A stretch of 62,960 nucleotides of DNA, the filler included, from Octopus bimaculoides (lineage: Eukaryota), in NCBI RefSeq assembly GCF_001194135.2. It is 5 parts of 4 records of this genome, joined end to end, with 100 filler letters (N's around TTAATTAATTAA, not from the genome) between each part and the next. Parts side by side here need not be neighbours in the genome. Positions count along the whole stretch, not along the records: positions 32,893 to 48,767 come from NC_068996.1; 4 more parts are not named here. One strand, given 5' to 3'. Below are positions 35,400-48,767 of the stretch, one piece after another. The position numbers and the translations under genes are program-made. The notes under the pieces are model-generated. The model did no database searches and was not told where the DNA came from. It was given only the letters and a program-made list of their open reading frames with translations. Position 1 is the stretch's first letter; every line of letters begins with the position of its first letter.

Positions 35400-36760
35400 G
35401 TAAATCCCTATACATTTTTTTTTGTTCTCTCTCCATTTTTTTCCCCTTTAATCCTTTTCTGTTGAAGAGCATAGGCTCAAAACATCAAAAACTCTTCAAT
35501 TCTTCCCGAGCATTAAATTAATACCTCTCCTTGTTGTTCCTTCACCTGTCTTCATCTTTTGTTTTCTGTAAATTTGAACTATATATTTAAAAGTTGCATA
35601 GATATTATAGAATTTTGAGCAAACATAAGATCCACATGGCTTATTGTAACAGCAAAAATATTGCGCAAATTATAGCAATACATAACATAATATTGGAATT
35701 ACAAAAAAGTTATTATAATCAGAGTAGTATAGTAAATATTGAGAATAATAATGTCAAACGGAATAAAAGAACTGAAATATAAAAGAATGCTAAGAATTTA
35801 AAAGTCGCTGAAAGGAAAACAACCCAATTTAACATAATAATATGGAATCGAATAAAAATCCAGCTTGAAATAGAATAAAGATAACATTATCTGAAAGAGT
35901 AATAAAGAACCAGTAATAAATAGTAATAAAGAACTTGGTGGAAATGAATTTGATTTTACCATGAATGATCAAATTAAAACTAAATCTGAGATAAATTATC
36001 TTTGCAATTGTTCTAAATGGGAATCCTTTTATATGAAAAATAAGCATAAGACTAAAAATGTAATATATAGATGTAAAGTTACCTCTAAGGGTAATGAATA
36101 CCTTTACATTGGTGGGACATCATTAATTTTTCAAGAGTAGACTGGCAAATCATTTGAGTTCATTTAGAGATAAAAATAAAAGATTCCAAACAAGTCTTAG
36201 TAAATTAATCTGGTCTGTTAAGGACAGAAACAAAGACTATACTATCAATTGAGAATTGATTTGTACTTACTACAAAACCATACAGACTTGGAACTAAAAA
36301 ATGTGACCCATGTATAGAATTTTACCAAATTTTTATATCTAAGGGTAATATAATAAATTCTAGACAGGAACAAATTTTGAGATGGTTGCACATGAGAAAA
36401 TTCACATTTGCCAAGTCTAAATGTATAATAGACATCTAAACAACAGAATGTTTTGAAATAATGGACTATAAGTGATTATCCAATCAAAACTTGAACTGAA
36501 GATAGTTCACATCTAAATTAATGAACAACTCTATATCATAAATTGCAGAGTAGATAAACGAAAAACTTTAAACAGTTGTATTGAAGGATATTAAGTAAAG
36601 ACCCTGAAGAAACTTCACCAGTATTAAAGTAGGGTTGCAATTGCCATGATTACTAATAGGTGCAGTTGAAACATGTGTAGGTCTACGTAAAGAGTATATA
36701 TAAAAGATTTTAAAGGTAATGCTATGACACTTGGTAATAATCCTTACTATTAATTATATA
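35400..36760 (+). mobile_element. Penelope-like element remnant with GIY-YIG endonuclease
   Basis: ~36060-36260 reads VIYRCKVTSKGNEYLYIGGTS..KSRLANHLSSFRDKNKRFQTSLSKLIWSVKD; hammerhead-like motif at 35459-35486. Confidence 0.7.
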
Positions 36761-37515
36761 TATATATATATATAAAGTAGTTGTATACTGCCAACTTAAC
36801 GTGACAGTCCCAATAAGGGAATATACTACTGCTGTTTAGCCCAAGGAAGCCAGACCGCTTCCTATTAGGCCTTGACACACTTTCTGTGCCCTTATCCTTA
36901 CGAAGGGGAGACAAACTCCCCCAGCCAGCCCAGCCTGCATTCAGGGACATGTTTCTGAGTCTTTGCTCGTCATCAGCCTGAAGTAGCATGACCGGCCAGC
37001 TGAAGAAATCTGTCTCGGCTTCGTAAGGATATACTATTTCAGTGAAATACTATTTGAAAAAAGAAAAGAATGACTTTTCTGGTAGTCCTAATCAATTTAA
37101 TTCTTTATTGATATAATTTTGCAGTTTGGTTTGTAGCACTATTAAGTTCTTTGTTAACTTTGGTGGGGAAATTTTTTAAAGATTCCTCGTTAACTTTTCT
37201 GGAGAACTTTCTTGCATTTGCCAGAGACAAATGTCAAACTGATCTCAGGTTGTGTTGTNNNNNNNNNNNNNNNNNNNNNNNNNNNNNNNNNNNNNNNNNN
37301 NNNNNNNNNNNNNNNNNNNNNNNNNNNNNNNNNNNNNNNNNNNNNNNNNNNNNNNNNNNNNNNNNNNNNNNNNNNNNNNNNNNNNNNNNNNNNNNNNNNN
37401 NGATTGAGGAGGGAGTTGGGAGGTGTATGTGTGTGTGTGTGTTTGTAAGAGAGAGAGAGAGAGAAAGAGAGTATGAGTGTTTGTGAGTGTCATGTTGTGA
37501 ATGTATGTGTATGTA

Positions 37516-37734
37516 CAAGGGGATGCTGAAAATTTCCTGCTTTTAAGGGTATCATGAAAGGCCTTGTTGGAGGCCCAACCTTCCAAGTTTTTTTACAGGG
37601 CTTCAATAAACTGAAGGGCCAATGCAATAAATGTGTGAATATGAGAGGGGAATATATTGAATAAAATCATAATTAACTGATCCTCCTGTATTTTCATTTA
37701 TCCAAAGCCAGGAACATTTCAGCATGCCCTCGTG
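37516..37734. mobile_element. Tc1/mariner-type MITE
   Basis: Diverged TIRs ta|caaggggatgctgaaaatttcctgcttt and aaagccaggaacatttcagcatgccctcg..ta. Confidence 0.7.
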
Positions 37735-38436
37735 TATATATCTGTATGTTTGTTCCCCATCACTTCACGACAGGTGTTGGTTTGTTTACTTTCCTGTAAT
37801 TTACTGGGTCAGCATAAGAAACTTATAAACAGTCAGATGATGTCTGGGAGCATATGTATTTGCTTGTATGTGTCTGTCTGGGTATGCATGTGCATGTGTG
37901 TGTGTGTGTGTGTGCATTAGTGTACTTAGCATTCTGAGTTCAAATTCAACTGAGGTACACTCAGCTTGTTAAAAAAATATATATATTTATACTAGCAAGA
38001 GAAGCAATATTAGTACTGAAGGGTAGGAATATCTGTCCACATTTAAACGTAGATATTCTCTTAAAACCTACTATACTGCAGCTTAGAACCAACTATACCA
38101 TGAGAGAAACTGCATCTGCCAGTAATATACATTTTTTTGACAAGTTCATTGATTAATCATGACATCAGTGCCTGTTCTGGCACTGTTTTTTCTATATATT
38201 ACTAGTGTGAAAGGGAGTTGCTGCTACCTCTAGCAGTCAAGTTTTCATCATTGATAAGACCAACAAAGGTCCAGATCACATGATCTAATTGTCTTGGCAC
38301 TGGAGGTGGTGGTTATTTGTCTCCCTACTGGCAATATACACAAGAGTGCATTTTACACCAAAAGCCACTATGAGAAATTTCTATCATGGTATCTTCCACA
38401 GTATAGTTTGTTCCAATGGAATATTAATGGTTACGT

Positions 38437-38810
38437 CATCATCATCATTATTTAACGTCTGCTTTCTATACTGGCATGGATTGGACTGATTGGCTGGAGC
38501 TGGCTAGGCAGAAGGCTGAACCAGGCTTCACTGTCTGTTTTTGGTATAGTTTTTATGGCTGGATGCCCTTTGTAACACCAGCCACTCCAGAGAGTGGATT
38601 CAATGCTTTTTATGCGGTACCAGCACAGGTGAGGTCAGTTTTTTACATGGATTTTTACAGCAGGATATCCATTCCAAATGCCACCCACTTGCAAGACAGG
38701 GATCTTTTGAGAGAAAAGGGGGCACTGGGCACTGGAGGGGGTGATCTTGTGCAAGATGATGAAAGGAAACAGAAACAAGTGTCTTTCTGTAGAAGAAATA
38801 CATGGTTACT

Positions 38811-38860
<50 letters not shown>

Positions 38861-39230
38861 AGGAACAGGTATATTGCTGTAGAGGAGATACATGGTTAAC
38901 CAGTCTGAGGGAGAGAGCAGGAGAAAGAGGGAGTGAAGGGAACAAGAGTGCAAAAGAGTAGGAGAGAGATGGTGGTGAAGTGCCAGGGCCTACTCACAAG
39001 GAATAGGGATCAGAATATAAATGGGATTGCAGAATAGAACAAGGGAAAGATAAATGGTGACAAAGTGGTAATATTTGACTCCCTACTCATGCACCTTTTC
39101 AGTATCCTACCAATTATATTCTGACCCCATATCTTGAGGGTATGCTCTACCATTTTGCCACATTTATCTCTCTCTTGCTCTACTCTACCATCCCATTTGT
39201 ATTCTGATCCCCGTTCTGTGATGGCCATAC
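38437..39230 (-). mobile_element. RTE-like LINE 3' remnant
   Basis: catcatcatcattatttaacgtc...ggctggatgccc tail pattern; related ends at ~42430 (-) and ~44205-44350 (+). Confidence 0.55.
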
Positions 39231-39306
39231 GCTTGTATCCCTTAGATCTATGTTATCTAGTTTTTCAGGTTATTCTCTGTTTTGAGTGGATTGATTTATT
39301 AGATTA

Positions 39307-42100
39307 CACTAAGCAACAACATTTTTGCTACTATTAGATAAAATGGCGCTCATAGGTAATATGGAAGCTCTGATTCTGAATCTGCAATCATTTTTGCTCT
39401 AGCATGTCATGTTTTTGTGCTATCATTATTAAACTGCTATCAAAATTACAATAATGTAAAAATTCATGACAAATAAAATGAATGTTATGTTAAGCGTAAA
39501 TTACCATTATTTGGTATAAGAACAATAACAACTAGGTAGACAAGTAGCTCTAAAACCATTAAAACACAAAACAAAAGTGTAAAGTGAATATTATTATTTT
39601 CATGTTTTCAAAAGTAGCTTTGGCGTCTTCTTTTACAGTCCATCAGCACGTTTGATGTAAGTCTGTCACTGTAGCGGCTTTCTAGCTCTTTGATTTCTTG
39701 ATGAAATCGTTCACCATGCTCATCACTTACATCACACATATTGGGTGGAAAAAAGTCAAGATGAGAGTGGAAAAAATGAATTTTTAGAGATATTTTGCCC
39801 CAAGTTGCTTATAAGCTTTCAGAAAATCATTTTCAGTTGCAACGTGGTTAGATGATTTTTCATTTCCCAAAAAAATTTTTACAAGAGAAACAAACTTTTC
39901 CTAAGCAGTTTTCTCTACGTGGATTTATTTTTGTTGAAAAAGTTCATCACAAATTAGTGTGCGGATTTCTGGTCCATTAAAAAACACCATCTTTGATCTT
40001 AGCTTCACTCTTGCTAAATAGAAATTTTTCACTGAGATATTTGAATCCTTCATTGTCTTCATTCATGGCCGTAAAATTCTTAAACAAGCCAAGTTTAACA
40101 TGTAAGATCCTGGATAAGCCAATATCTAGGCAAGAAACTCAAAAGAGGGCAGTAACATCGAATTCCATCCTTCACCAAAAGCCACTCTGGCAAATGTGGA
40201 AAGTGGAAAGATGATCACAATAGCAGTGATCCAGCTTGGCCACAGTCATTGGACTGAAACATATAAAAGAATAAAAGAATAAAAAGGGAGAAAGGTAAAT
40301 TTTCTGAGGGTCAACTAAAGGGATATATTTAACATTGTATTTCCCTGGAGTGAAATCGCTTCTCTTTGGCCACTCTTTTTGAACAGAGTGATGCTTGTCA
40401 TTTCTGCCGTTCCAAAGGCACAAAACACACTGATGCTTTGTTTATCCCATTTGCAACCCAAAAAGCAAACCAATAACTTTCCAAGTCCCCGCATATATTC
40501 CACACGTGCTCAGAATATTTAATCAAGTGCAAAATCTTATCCATTGATTCATAAGTTTCCTTTTATCCTACAGCATGTGCAAATGGTATTGACGGTTTTT
40601 GATTGCCATTATTCAGCAAAACAGCTTTTAGGCTTGCTTTGTTGGAATCTATGAAGAGTCTTCGTTCTTCAGGATTATGGCTGTACCCCATTTCATGTAG
40701 GAGTCCTTCAACATCACAACAAAAGCAAATACTGTCTTTCTTCATTTAAAAATCCATGCAATTCTATATCGCATTTTCGAAAATATGAGCATTTTACACC
40801 ATCGTGTAAAAGATTCCATTGTTTCAACCTGGAGACTTTTCTTTTGTTAAACCCAAGTCTCTAACTAAATCATTTAACTCCAGTTAACTTAATAAATGAG
40901 GAACTTTTTTTGATGATCCTGGTTCATCACAGTGATCTGCTGTATCACTCCGAATGCCTTCAATTGAAGTAGATGCAATACTTTCTTCATTTAAACTATC
41001 TTTGTCAAAAGATGAAGGCGATTCTAGAATTGGAATATTTTCAACAGCATGAGAAAATGGTTTTAAAGCTGAAGGGCAATCTGGATAAACAACATTTGAT
41101 CTTCTTAAAGAAACCTGTGATCTTAGTTAAGCAGAAATAACAATTTGTGTAGTGGTTTGTTGGTTGCACCATATCATTGGTACTGCAAATGGTATAGTTT
41201 TCCATTTACCATTCAGCCATTGGGTTAGTGCTACGTAGCAGTTTTTGCAACAAACATGAGGCGTCCACAGTTTATCTTGGTCCCCAGCTTTGCACCCAAA
41301 GTAAAGCTTGTAAGCATTTCTAAATTTCTTTGTAAGCTTATTTCTTTGATCTTTTGGCATATATTTTCCACACATGTAACAAAAACTGTCCGGGTGATTA
41401 ACACAAACTTTTCTGCTCATCATAAATACATACAGTAATAACCTAAATCAACACTCAAGGAAGCCTATCAGTAAACTAAAATATATAAAATTAATCAATT
41501 ATAAATGTTACTGTAAAACATCAAAACATATTTCTCAAAAAAAAATCATTGAAATTATTATAGAATGTACTGAAGCTATGGCTGTCACTAAACAATTTTT
41601 TTCCATTTCTAAATTTCAAACATTGATCACTTTAATAAATGACCAAACTTACAGCTAAACTACTTTTCATATAACCTTTATACTTTGTTTCAATAGCCCT
41701 AGTTGTTATCAAGAAAAGGGAGTCAGAGTGACTTACTATAACCTAATATCAATAGCCTACTGTGAGGAGAACTTTACTATAATTACAGCAATAACAAAAT
41801 AAAATAAATTCTCATCTTGTGTAGTAATTCAACAGGTAGCTTACGTTTCCCTCTATCAGCACTTATTTTTGTTTTAATGATGAGTATATGAATGGAAATC
41901 GAAAGCAAATAGCCTACTACTTTGTCAATATTATCAATTGGTTGGAAAATCTGATGCTGTAAATAACTAAAAAAAAAAATATATGTGCTGTGTGAAAACT
42001 GATGTCAGATTCGGATCTAGCACCCTAAAATTACCCTAAATCAGTTGAAAAAGTTATTAAATAGCATGACAAAATTTTTTTTTTTTTTTGTTGCCCCGTG
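39307..42100 (-). mobile_element. Chapaev3-like (CMC superfamily) DNA transposon, 2794 bp, pseudogenised transposase
   Basis: CVNHPDSFCYMCG, GDQDKLWTPHVCC, PFAVPMIW, RLFIDSNKASLKAVLL, HVKLGLFKNF, HFFHSHLDFFPPNMCDVSDEHGERFHQE; termini CACTAAGCAACAA / TTGTTGCCCCGTG; TTA TSD at 39304-39306 and 42101-42103. Confidence 0.88.
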
Positions 42101-42919
42101 TTATGAGCCATAGTGAATAATTAGATTTGTATGTTATGAAGAACTAGACTTTCCTGCTATGTACTGAAAAGGGGTACATTCTATTTGAGCATTAGCAGTA
42201 GTAATTAATTTGCTTAGTTTAATTTTTTGTTGAGCCAAATCATCATCACCACCACCACCACCTCCACCACCACCACCTCCACNNNNNNNNNNNNNNNNNN
42301 NNNNNNNNNNNNNNNNNNNNNNNTCCACCACCACCACCACCACATCCACCACATCCACCACATCCACCACATCCACCACCACCACCACCACCACCACCAC
42401 CAATATTGTTATTGTTTTGTCGTCATCGTCATCATTTTAATGTCCACTTTTCCTTCCATACTTGGAATCAGGATTTTTCAGAACTGGATGCTCTTCATGT
42501 CACCAACCCACAAGTAATCTAATACTTCCTCATGACTAGACTCGTATTGGAAAAACTGGAAATGAACAACACTGCTTGCTTGATAGTGACACTCATATGC
42601 GGCTCTCATGAGATATCAAGGAAAGGAGACAGTGACACACCCACAAACACACCCACAGACACACCCACAAACACACACGCACACACACACATACACATAT
42701 ACACACACACAATTGTACATAATATATGATGAGGCTTCTTTCATTTCCAGCTACCAAATCTATCCACAAAGCTTTATTATTCTAGGACTGTTATAGAAGA
42801 TGTTTGTTCACACTATGACATTGGAAAGTAAACTTCTTAGAACACATCCACGCCTATTATCTTCCTGAATCTTGATAAATTTACTGCTATGATGAAGTAT
42901 ATTATATATTTTCATATAT

Positions 42920-43085
42920 AGGTGCAGGAATGGTTGTGTGGTAAGTAGCTTGCTTACCAACCACATGGTTCTGGGTTCAGTCCCACTGCATGGCACCTTG
43001 GGAAAATGTCTTCTACTATAGCCTTGGGCCAACAAAAGCCTTGAGAATGGATTTGGTAGACGGAAACTGAAAGAAGCCCGTCGTA
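42920..43085 (+). mobile_element. SINE family A head
   Basis: ggttgtgtggtaagtagcttgc...gaagcccgtcg. Confidence 0.88.
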
Positions 43086-43115
43086 TATTTGTATATATAT
43101 GTATGTGTGTGTATA

Positions 43116-43168
<53 letters not shown>

Positions 43169-44401
43169 NNNNNNNNNNNNNNNNNNNNNNNNNNNNNNNN
43201 NNNNNNNNNNNNNNNNNNNNNNNNNNNNNNNNNNNNNNNNNNNNNNNNNNNNNNNNNNNNNNNNNNNNNNNNNNNNNNNNNNNNNNNNNNNNNNNNNNNN
43301 NNNNNNNNNNNNNNNNNNNNNNNNNNNNNNNNNNNNNNNNNNNNNNNNNNNNNNNNNNNNNNNNNNNNNNNNNNNNNNNNNNNNNNNNNNNNNNNNNNNN
43401 NNNNNNNNNNNNNNNNNNNNNNNNNNNNNNNNNNNNNNNNNNNNNNNNNNNNNNNNNNNNNNNNNNNNNNNNNNNNNNNNNNNNNNNNNNNNNNNNNNNN
43501 NNNNNNNNNNNNNNNNNNNNNNNNNNNNNNNNNNNNNNNNNNNNNNNNNNNNNNNNNNNNNNNNNNNNNNNNNNNNNNNNNNNNNNNNNNNNNNNNNNNN
43601 NNNNNNNNNNNNNNNNNNNNNNNNNNNNNNNNNNNNNNNNNNNNNNNNNNNNNNNNNNNNNNNNNNNNNNNNNNNNNNNNNNNNNNNNNNNNNNNNNNNN
43701 NNNNNNNNNNNNNNNNNNNNNNNNNNNNNNNNNNNNNNNNNNNNNNNNNNNNNNNNNNNNNNNNNNNNNNNNNNATATATATATATATACTCATTCATTC
43801 ATACACCCCCACACACACGTATCTGTGTATATGCATATGCGTGTGTATATCTGTATACATGTGCGTGTCTGTGTGTGTCTATGTATGTATGTATTGGGTG
43901 TGTATGTGGCTGTGTGTCTGTGTACATGTTTGTATTTATGTCAGTGAATTCATATTCTCTCTTCATTGACAATATAAGCAGTATTGTATACTCACAATTA
44001 ACGATGAAAGTATATCCAGGATTCTTGACATGTCTTGACATGTTAAGCGATATTTTCACAAATGAAAAAAAAAAGAAAAAAGAAAAATGTCTCACTGAAA
44101 AAACAGTGTCATTTGTTTCTAGTTTACTGAGTAATGATGTCAAGATTGTTCATTGTTCATTGTTCAGGTACCATTACTTGAAAACAGGTGAAGGTTGAGA
44201 ACAAGAAAGGGAGCCTGGCCTTAGAAAAAAATCTGCCTCAATGAAGGCTGACTAACCCATGCAAGCATGGAAAAATGAATAGCAAAATAATGATAAGGAG
44301 GAGGAGGATAATGATGATGATGATGACGATGATGATGATGACGACGACGACGATTACGATCATCATTATCATCATCATAGCCGCTTCCACCACCACCACC
44401 T

Positions 44402-44721
44402 TTGGCTGGCTTCAAATCTCACCTGCGAACCCATGGAAAACCAACTCGAACCAACTATTCTGATTATATGTCTGTGCACACGTTTGAATGTGGCGTGTGC
44501 CAGAGGGCTTGCAAATCCAATATGGGTCTTAAAAGACATGTTAAGATCCACAATGAGCAGAACTTACCTGCAGGTATTGGTAGTACAAATCAGAGGTGCA
44601 ATCTGTGTGGGTGTTTTTTCAAAACATTGTCTGGTTTAAAAAGCCACATCAGACGCCATGAAAGGGCTAAGGTGTAGGTGCAGGAGGTGGTCAAACTCTG
44701 TGTAAAGAGTAGACAACCACC
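44402..44721 (+). mobile_element. 5'-truncated LINE 3' end (RTE-like) encoding C2H2-type fingers
   Basis: AGFKSHLRTH, FECGVCQRACKSNMGLKRHVKIH, CNLCGCFFKTLSGLKSHIRRH; 3' stem-loop and (TATG)n tail; second copy 59382-59676. Confidence 0.7.
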
Positions 44722-46037
44722 ATGCATACATGTATGCATGTATGTATGTATGTATGTATGTCTCTTCTATTATTTTAATTATTCTAAATCTTCCACTGCG
44801 GTGATGCAAGGCTCCATCTTTGGGATGTAGTTAACACAGACACATTCACATTTGGAACTTGTGAAATGTCTATCTGTATGTATGTATGTATGTATGTATG
44901 CATATAGATGTATCGTTTGAAAGAGTTTGGATAATTACATCGACCCCAGTTTTTGTCGAACAGCTAAGTTATGAAAGCGTTGTAAGAACAGACACTGATA
45001 TGCATGAATTAGTTAAACCATGTAGCAAATACACGAGTTTGCATGTCTCTATGTGTCTGTGAGTACGCAAAATGTGTGACTTACCGCTTGTGTAATATTT
45101 GTTATATAAATAAAGGTTATAACAAACCCCCATACGTCATATTCTTCATAACTTCCAGAGCAATGCATATTTTTTAAATAAAATTTTGGTGAGACATCTT
45201 TCCAGAATTGTAGATTACAAAATTATTTACGTTTCATTTTTTTCTTTGGTTTTTTTTTTTGTTTTTTTTTTTCATTTTTTATACTGAAAGAAAATAAGTC
45301 CATACCATTTAACTATTCAATACCTTACTCATGACATTGCTCAACACAAGAAAAAAAAATGAAATCTATTACGAAATCCTGATTGATACTCTATTCATTA
45401 TTAACATGAAATAGGAAGGCATGATGAAAATATTTCCGAGTTTACGTTTTGCCTGCTACAATACCGATTGAAAAGATTCAGTAATGAAAAGCATTAACGA
45501 ACTAGCCTGTTACATATAGATCGGAAATATTGTGAATCATATCCTGCAATATACTCTGTTCATCTTATCTGTCACCATTATGATGAGCAACAAATCATGA
45601 GCAAGTTATTGAATGATTAGAAAGGTAAGGGCTCGTTCTATTCATGGATGAAAAGAATTACATAAATCTAACAATAAAATTCCTCAGCCTGGTAAATCTA
45701 CATTTTCATAAACGTATCTCATTAAAAAAATATATATATTATGTATTATTAAGAAAGTTCAGCATTTCTTCGTTTCCAAAACGCTATATATGTGTAAATA
45801 GGTGCTTTTCAGATCAAAACGTCGAAGTGTTTTCCTTTGCAGTAAATAAATAAGGCACGCATAACAATTTATAATATGCTTGTAGAGGGAACCTGAAACA
45901 ATAGATGCAACGGGGTGAGCGGCAGTCGGAGATATCAATTCTAGGTGAGAATCAGTGAAAGACCGATAATGGCATAGAGTTGTAATGAGAAGTTCTGCAA
46001 TGACTGAAGTAGCAGGTATTTTGATGAAAATGAAGCT

Positions 46038-46294
46038 CTTTTACTCTTTTACTTGTTTCAGTCATTTGACTGTGGCCATGATGGAGCACCGCCTTTAGTC
46101 GAGAAAATCGACCCCAGGACTTATTCTTTGGAAGCCTAGTACTTATTCTATCGGTCTCTTTTGCCGAACTGCTAAGTTACGGGGACTAAACACACCAGCA
46201 TCGGTTGTCAAGTGATGTTGGAGGGGGGACAAACACAGACACACAAACAACACACACACACACACANNNNNNNNNNNNNNNNNNNNNNNNNNNN

Positions 46295-46332
<38 letters not shown>

Positions 46333-46500
46333 CATATATACGACACGCTTCTTTCAGTTTCCGTCTACTAAATCCACTCACAAGGCTTTGGTCAGCCCGA
46401 GGCTATAGTAGAAGACACTTGCCCAAGGTGCCACGCAGTGGGACTGAACTCGGAACCATGCGGTTCGTAAGCAAGCTACTTACCACACAGCCACTCCTAA
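46038..46500 (-). mobile_element. SINE family A, full length, near consensus
   Basis: Head ...ccacacagccac, microsatellite linker containing a gap, tail ttttactcttttacttgtttcagtc. Confidence 0.92.
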
Positions 46501-46814
46501 GCTGCAAAATGTTACTGTATATTTTGCAAGAAACATAATTTCTTACATAATTTCCCAGTTTATGTTCAAAAGAAAAAAAAAACGAAATAAATTAGAAACA
46601 GAAGACTTGATCTTAAAATATGGAAGTTCAAACACATACATACACGAGCATAAGCAAGCGCATACGTGTGCGTGCGGGCGGCCATAGACACAAGCGGTAT
46701 TACTTTTGTTTTGCAGTGTATATTCGACTTCTGACAAGATAACATTTAAGAAACATGATATCAATCAACAGATTGGGAGACAAAAAATAAATTACAGTGA
46801 TTTATAGTAACAGG

Positions 46815-47149
46815 TTACAAGTTGTTGTTGGCACTCCGTCGCTTACGACGTCGAGGGTTCCAGTTGATCTGATCAACGGAAACAGCCTGCTCGGGAAATT
46901 AACGTGCAAGTGGCTGAGCACTCCACAGACACGTGTACCCATAACGTAGTTCTCGGGGACATTCAGCGTGACACAGAGTGTGACAAGGCTGGCCCTTTGA
47001 ATTACAGGCACAACAGAAGCAGGAAGTAAGAGTGAGAGAAAATTGTGGTGAAAGAGTACAGCAGGGTTTGCCACCATCACCTGCCGGAGCCTCGTCGAGC
47101 TTTAGGTGTTTTCGCTCAATAAACACTCACAACGCCCGGTCTGGGAATC
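46815..47149 (-). mobile_element. SINE family B (runs into gap)
   Basis: Reverse complement of 2408-2806. Confidence 0.88.
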
Positions 47150-47997
47150 NNNNNNNNNNNNNNNNNNNNNNNNNNNNNNNNNNNNNNNNNNNNNNNNNNN
47201 NNNNNNNNNNNNNNNNNNNNNNNNNNNNNNNNNNNNNNNNNNNNNNNNNNNNNNNNNNNNNNNNNNNNNNNNNNNNNNNNNNNNNNNNNNNNNNNNNNNN
47301 NNNNNNNNNNNNNNNNNNNNNNNNNNNNNNNNNNNNNNNNNNNNNNNNNNNNNNNNNNNNNNNNNNNNNNNNNNNNNNNNNNNNNNNNNNNNNNNNNNNN
47401 NNNNNNNNNNNNNNNNNNNNNNNNNNNNNNNNNNNNNNNNNNNNNNNNNNNNNNNNNNNNNNNNNNNNNNNNNNNNNNNNNNNNNNNNNNNNNNNNNNNN
47501 NNNNNNNNNNNNNNNNNNNNNNNNNNNNNNNNNNNNNNNNNNNNNNNNNNNNNNNNNNNNNNNNNNNNNNNNNNNNNNNNNNNNNNNNNNNNNNNNNNNN
47601 NNNNNNNNNNNNNNNNNNNNNNNNNNNNNNNNNNNNNNNNNNNNNNNNNNNNNNNNNNNNNNNNNNNNNNNNNNNNNNNNNNNNNNNNNNNNNNNNNNNN
47701 NNNNNNNNNNNNNNNNNNNNNNNNNNNNNNNNNNNNNNNNNNNNNNNNNNNNNNNNNNNNNNNNNNNNNNNNNNNNNNNNNNNNNNNNNNNNNNNNNNNN
47801 NNNNNNNNNNNNNNNNNNNNNNNNNNNNNAAACACCTAGCAACATAGCATCATAATTTTGAAATATCTATAAATCCGTCAAAAGCTTGTTTATTTTTATG
47901 TTTTTTGATTTATTATTAGTGTTGCTTAATATAATTTGCTAAAATTGCTGTTTCTTTTCAGATATCATCAGAAAAAGGTAATTAAAATTTATTAAAA

Positions 47998-48767
47998 TGA
48001 CAGATCTTTCGGTCAAATTGTTGGTGCACGTATGACAGGCGCCAGTGTAACGAAAACACTCGAAATGTTTGGTGTATCAAAAAGTACTGTTTTGAAAGTA
48101 ATGACAGCCTTTGAGAAAGAGGGAAAAACCTCCTAGTCGAAACAAATCTCCAGAAGAAAACCAAAACTTTCAGATAGGGACCGTCGGACTCTTACATAAA
48201 TTGTTAGAAAGGATCGCAAAAGTACAGCTCCCGGAATTACTGTAGAGCTTAATGACCACCTCGAGAACCGAGTGTGTGGAAAAACTGTTCGCCGGGAGCT
48301 GCACGAAGCCGGATGCACGGGAGGGCTGCAATCAGAAAACCACTACTTTCAAAAACAAACATTGCAAAGCGTTTAGTGTGGAGTAAAAACCTACATCCTT
48401 TACCTTATTTTCGACCATTGGCCGAATATACGTGTGGAGACAGCCAAGAGAAGCATTTGATACAGACTACCTTCTTACAACTGTTAAACATGGAGGAGGA
48501 TCTGTGATGATCTGGGGAGCTATATCTTGGAAATCCGCCGGCCCAATGGTTTCCCTTCATGGCAGAATTAATAGTCAAGACTATTTAAGCATTTTATCTG
48601 ATCAAATTCATCCTATGGTTGTGGAACTGTTTCTGGAGGGAAACGTAATCTTTCAGGATGATAATGCACCAATTCACACAGCTAAAGTTGTTACTGAATG
48701 GCACGAGGAACATTCTAGTGAAGTTGAACATCTTATCTGGCCACCACAGTCTCCAGATCTCAATATT
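47998..48767 (+). mobile_element. Tc1-family transposase pseudogene
   Basis: GQIVGARMTGASVTKT, GRAAIRKPLLSK, TVKHGGGSVMIWG, FQDDNAPIH, WPPQSPDLNI; frameshifted; ends in gap. Confidence 0.92.

Noticed and set aside
38476-38961. 161-aa ORF
   Set aside because: Antisense to a LINE 3' remnant and includes a (GA)n tract.
44402-44677. Stand-alone C2H2 zinc-finger gene
   Set aside because: No ATG or splice context, no TGEKP linkers, two dispersed truncated copies with retro-type 3' tails.
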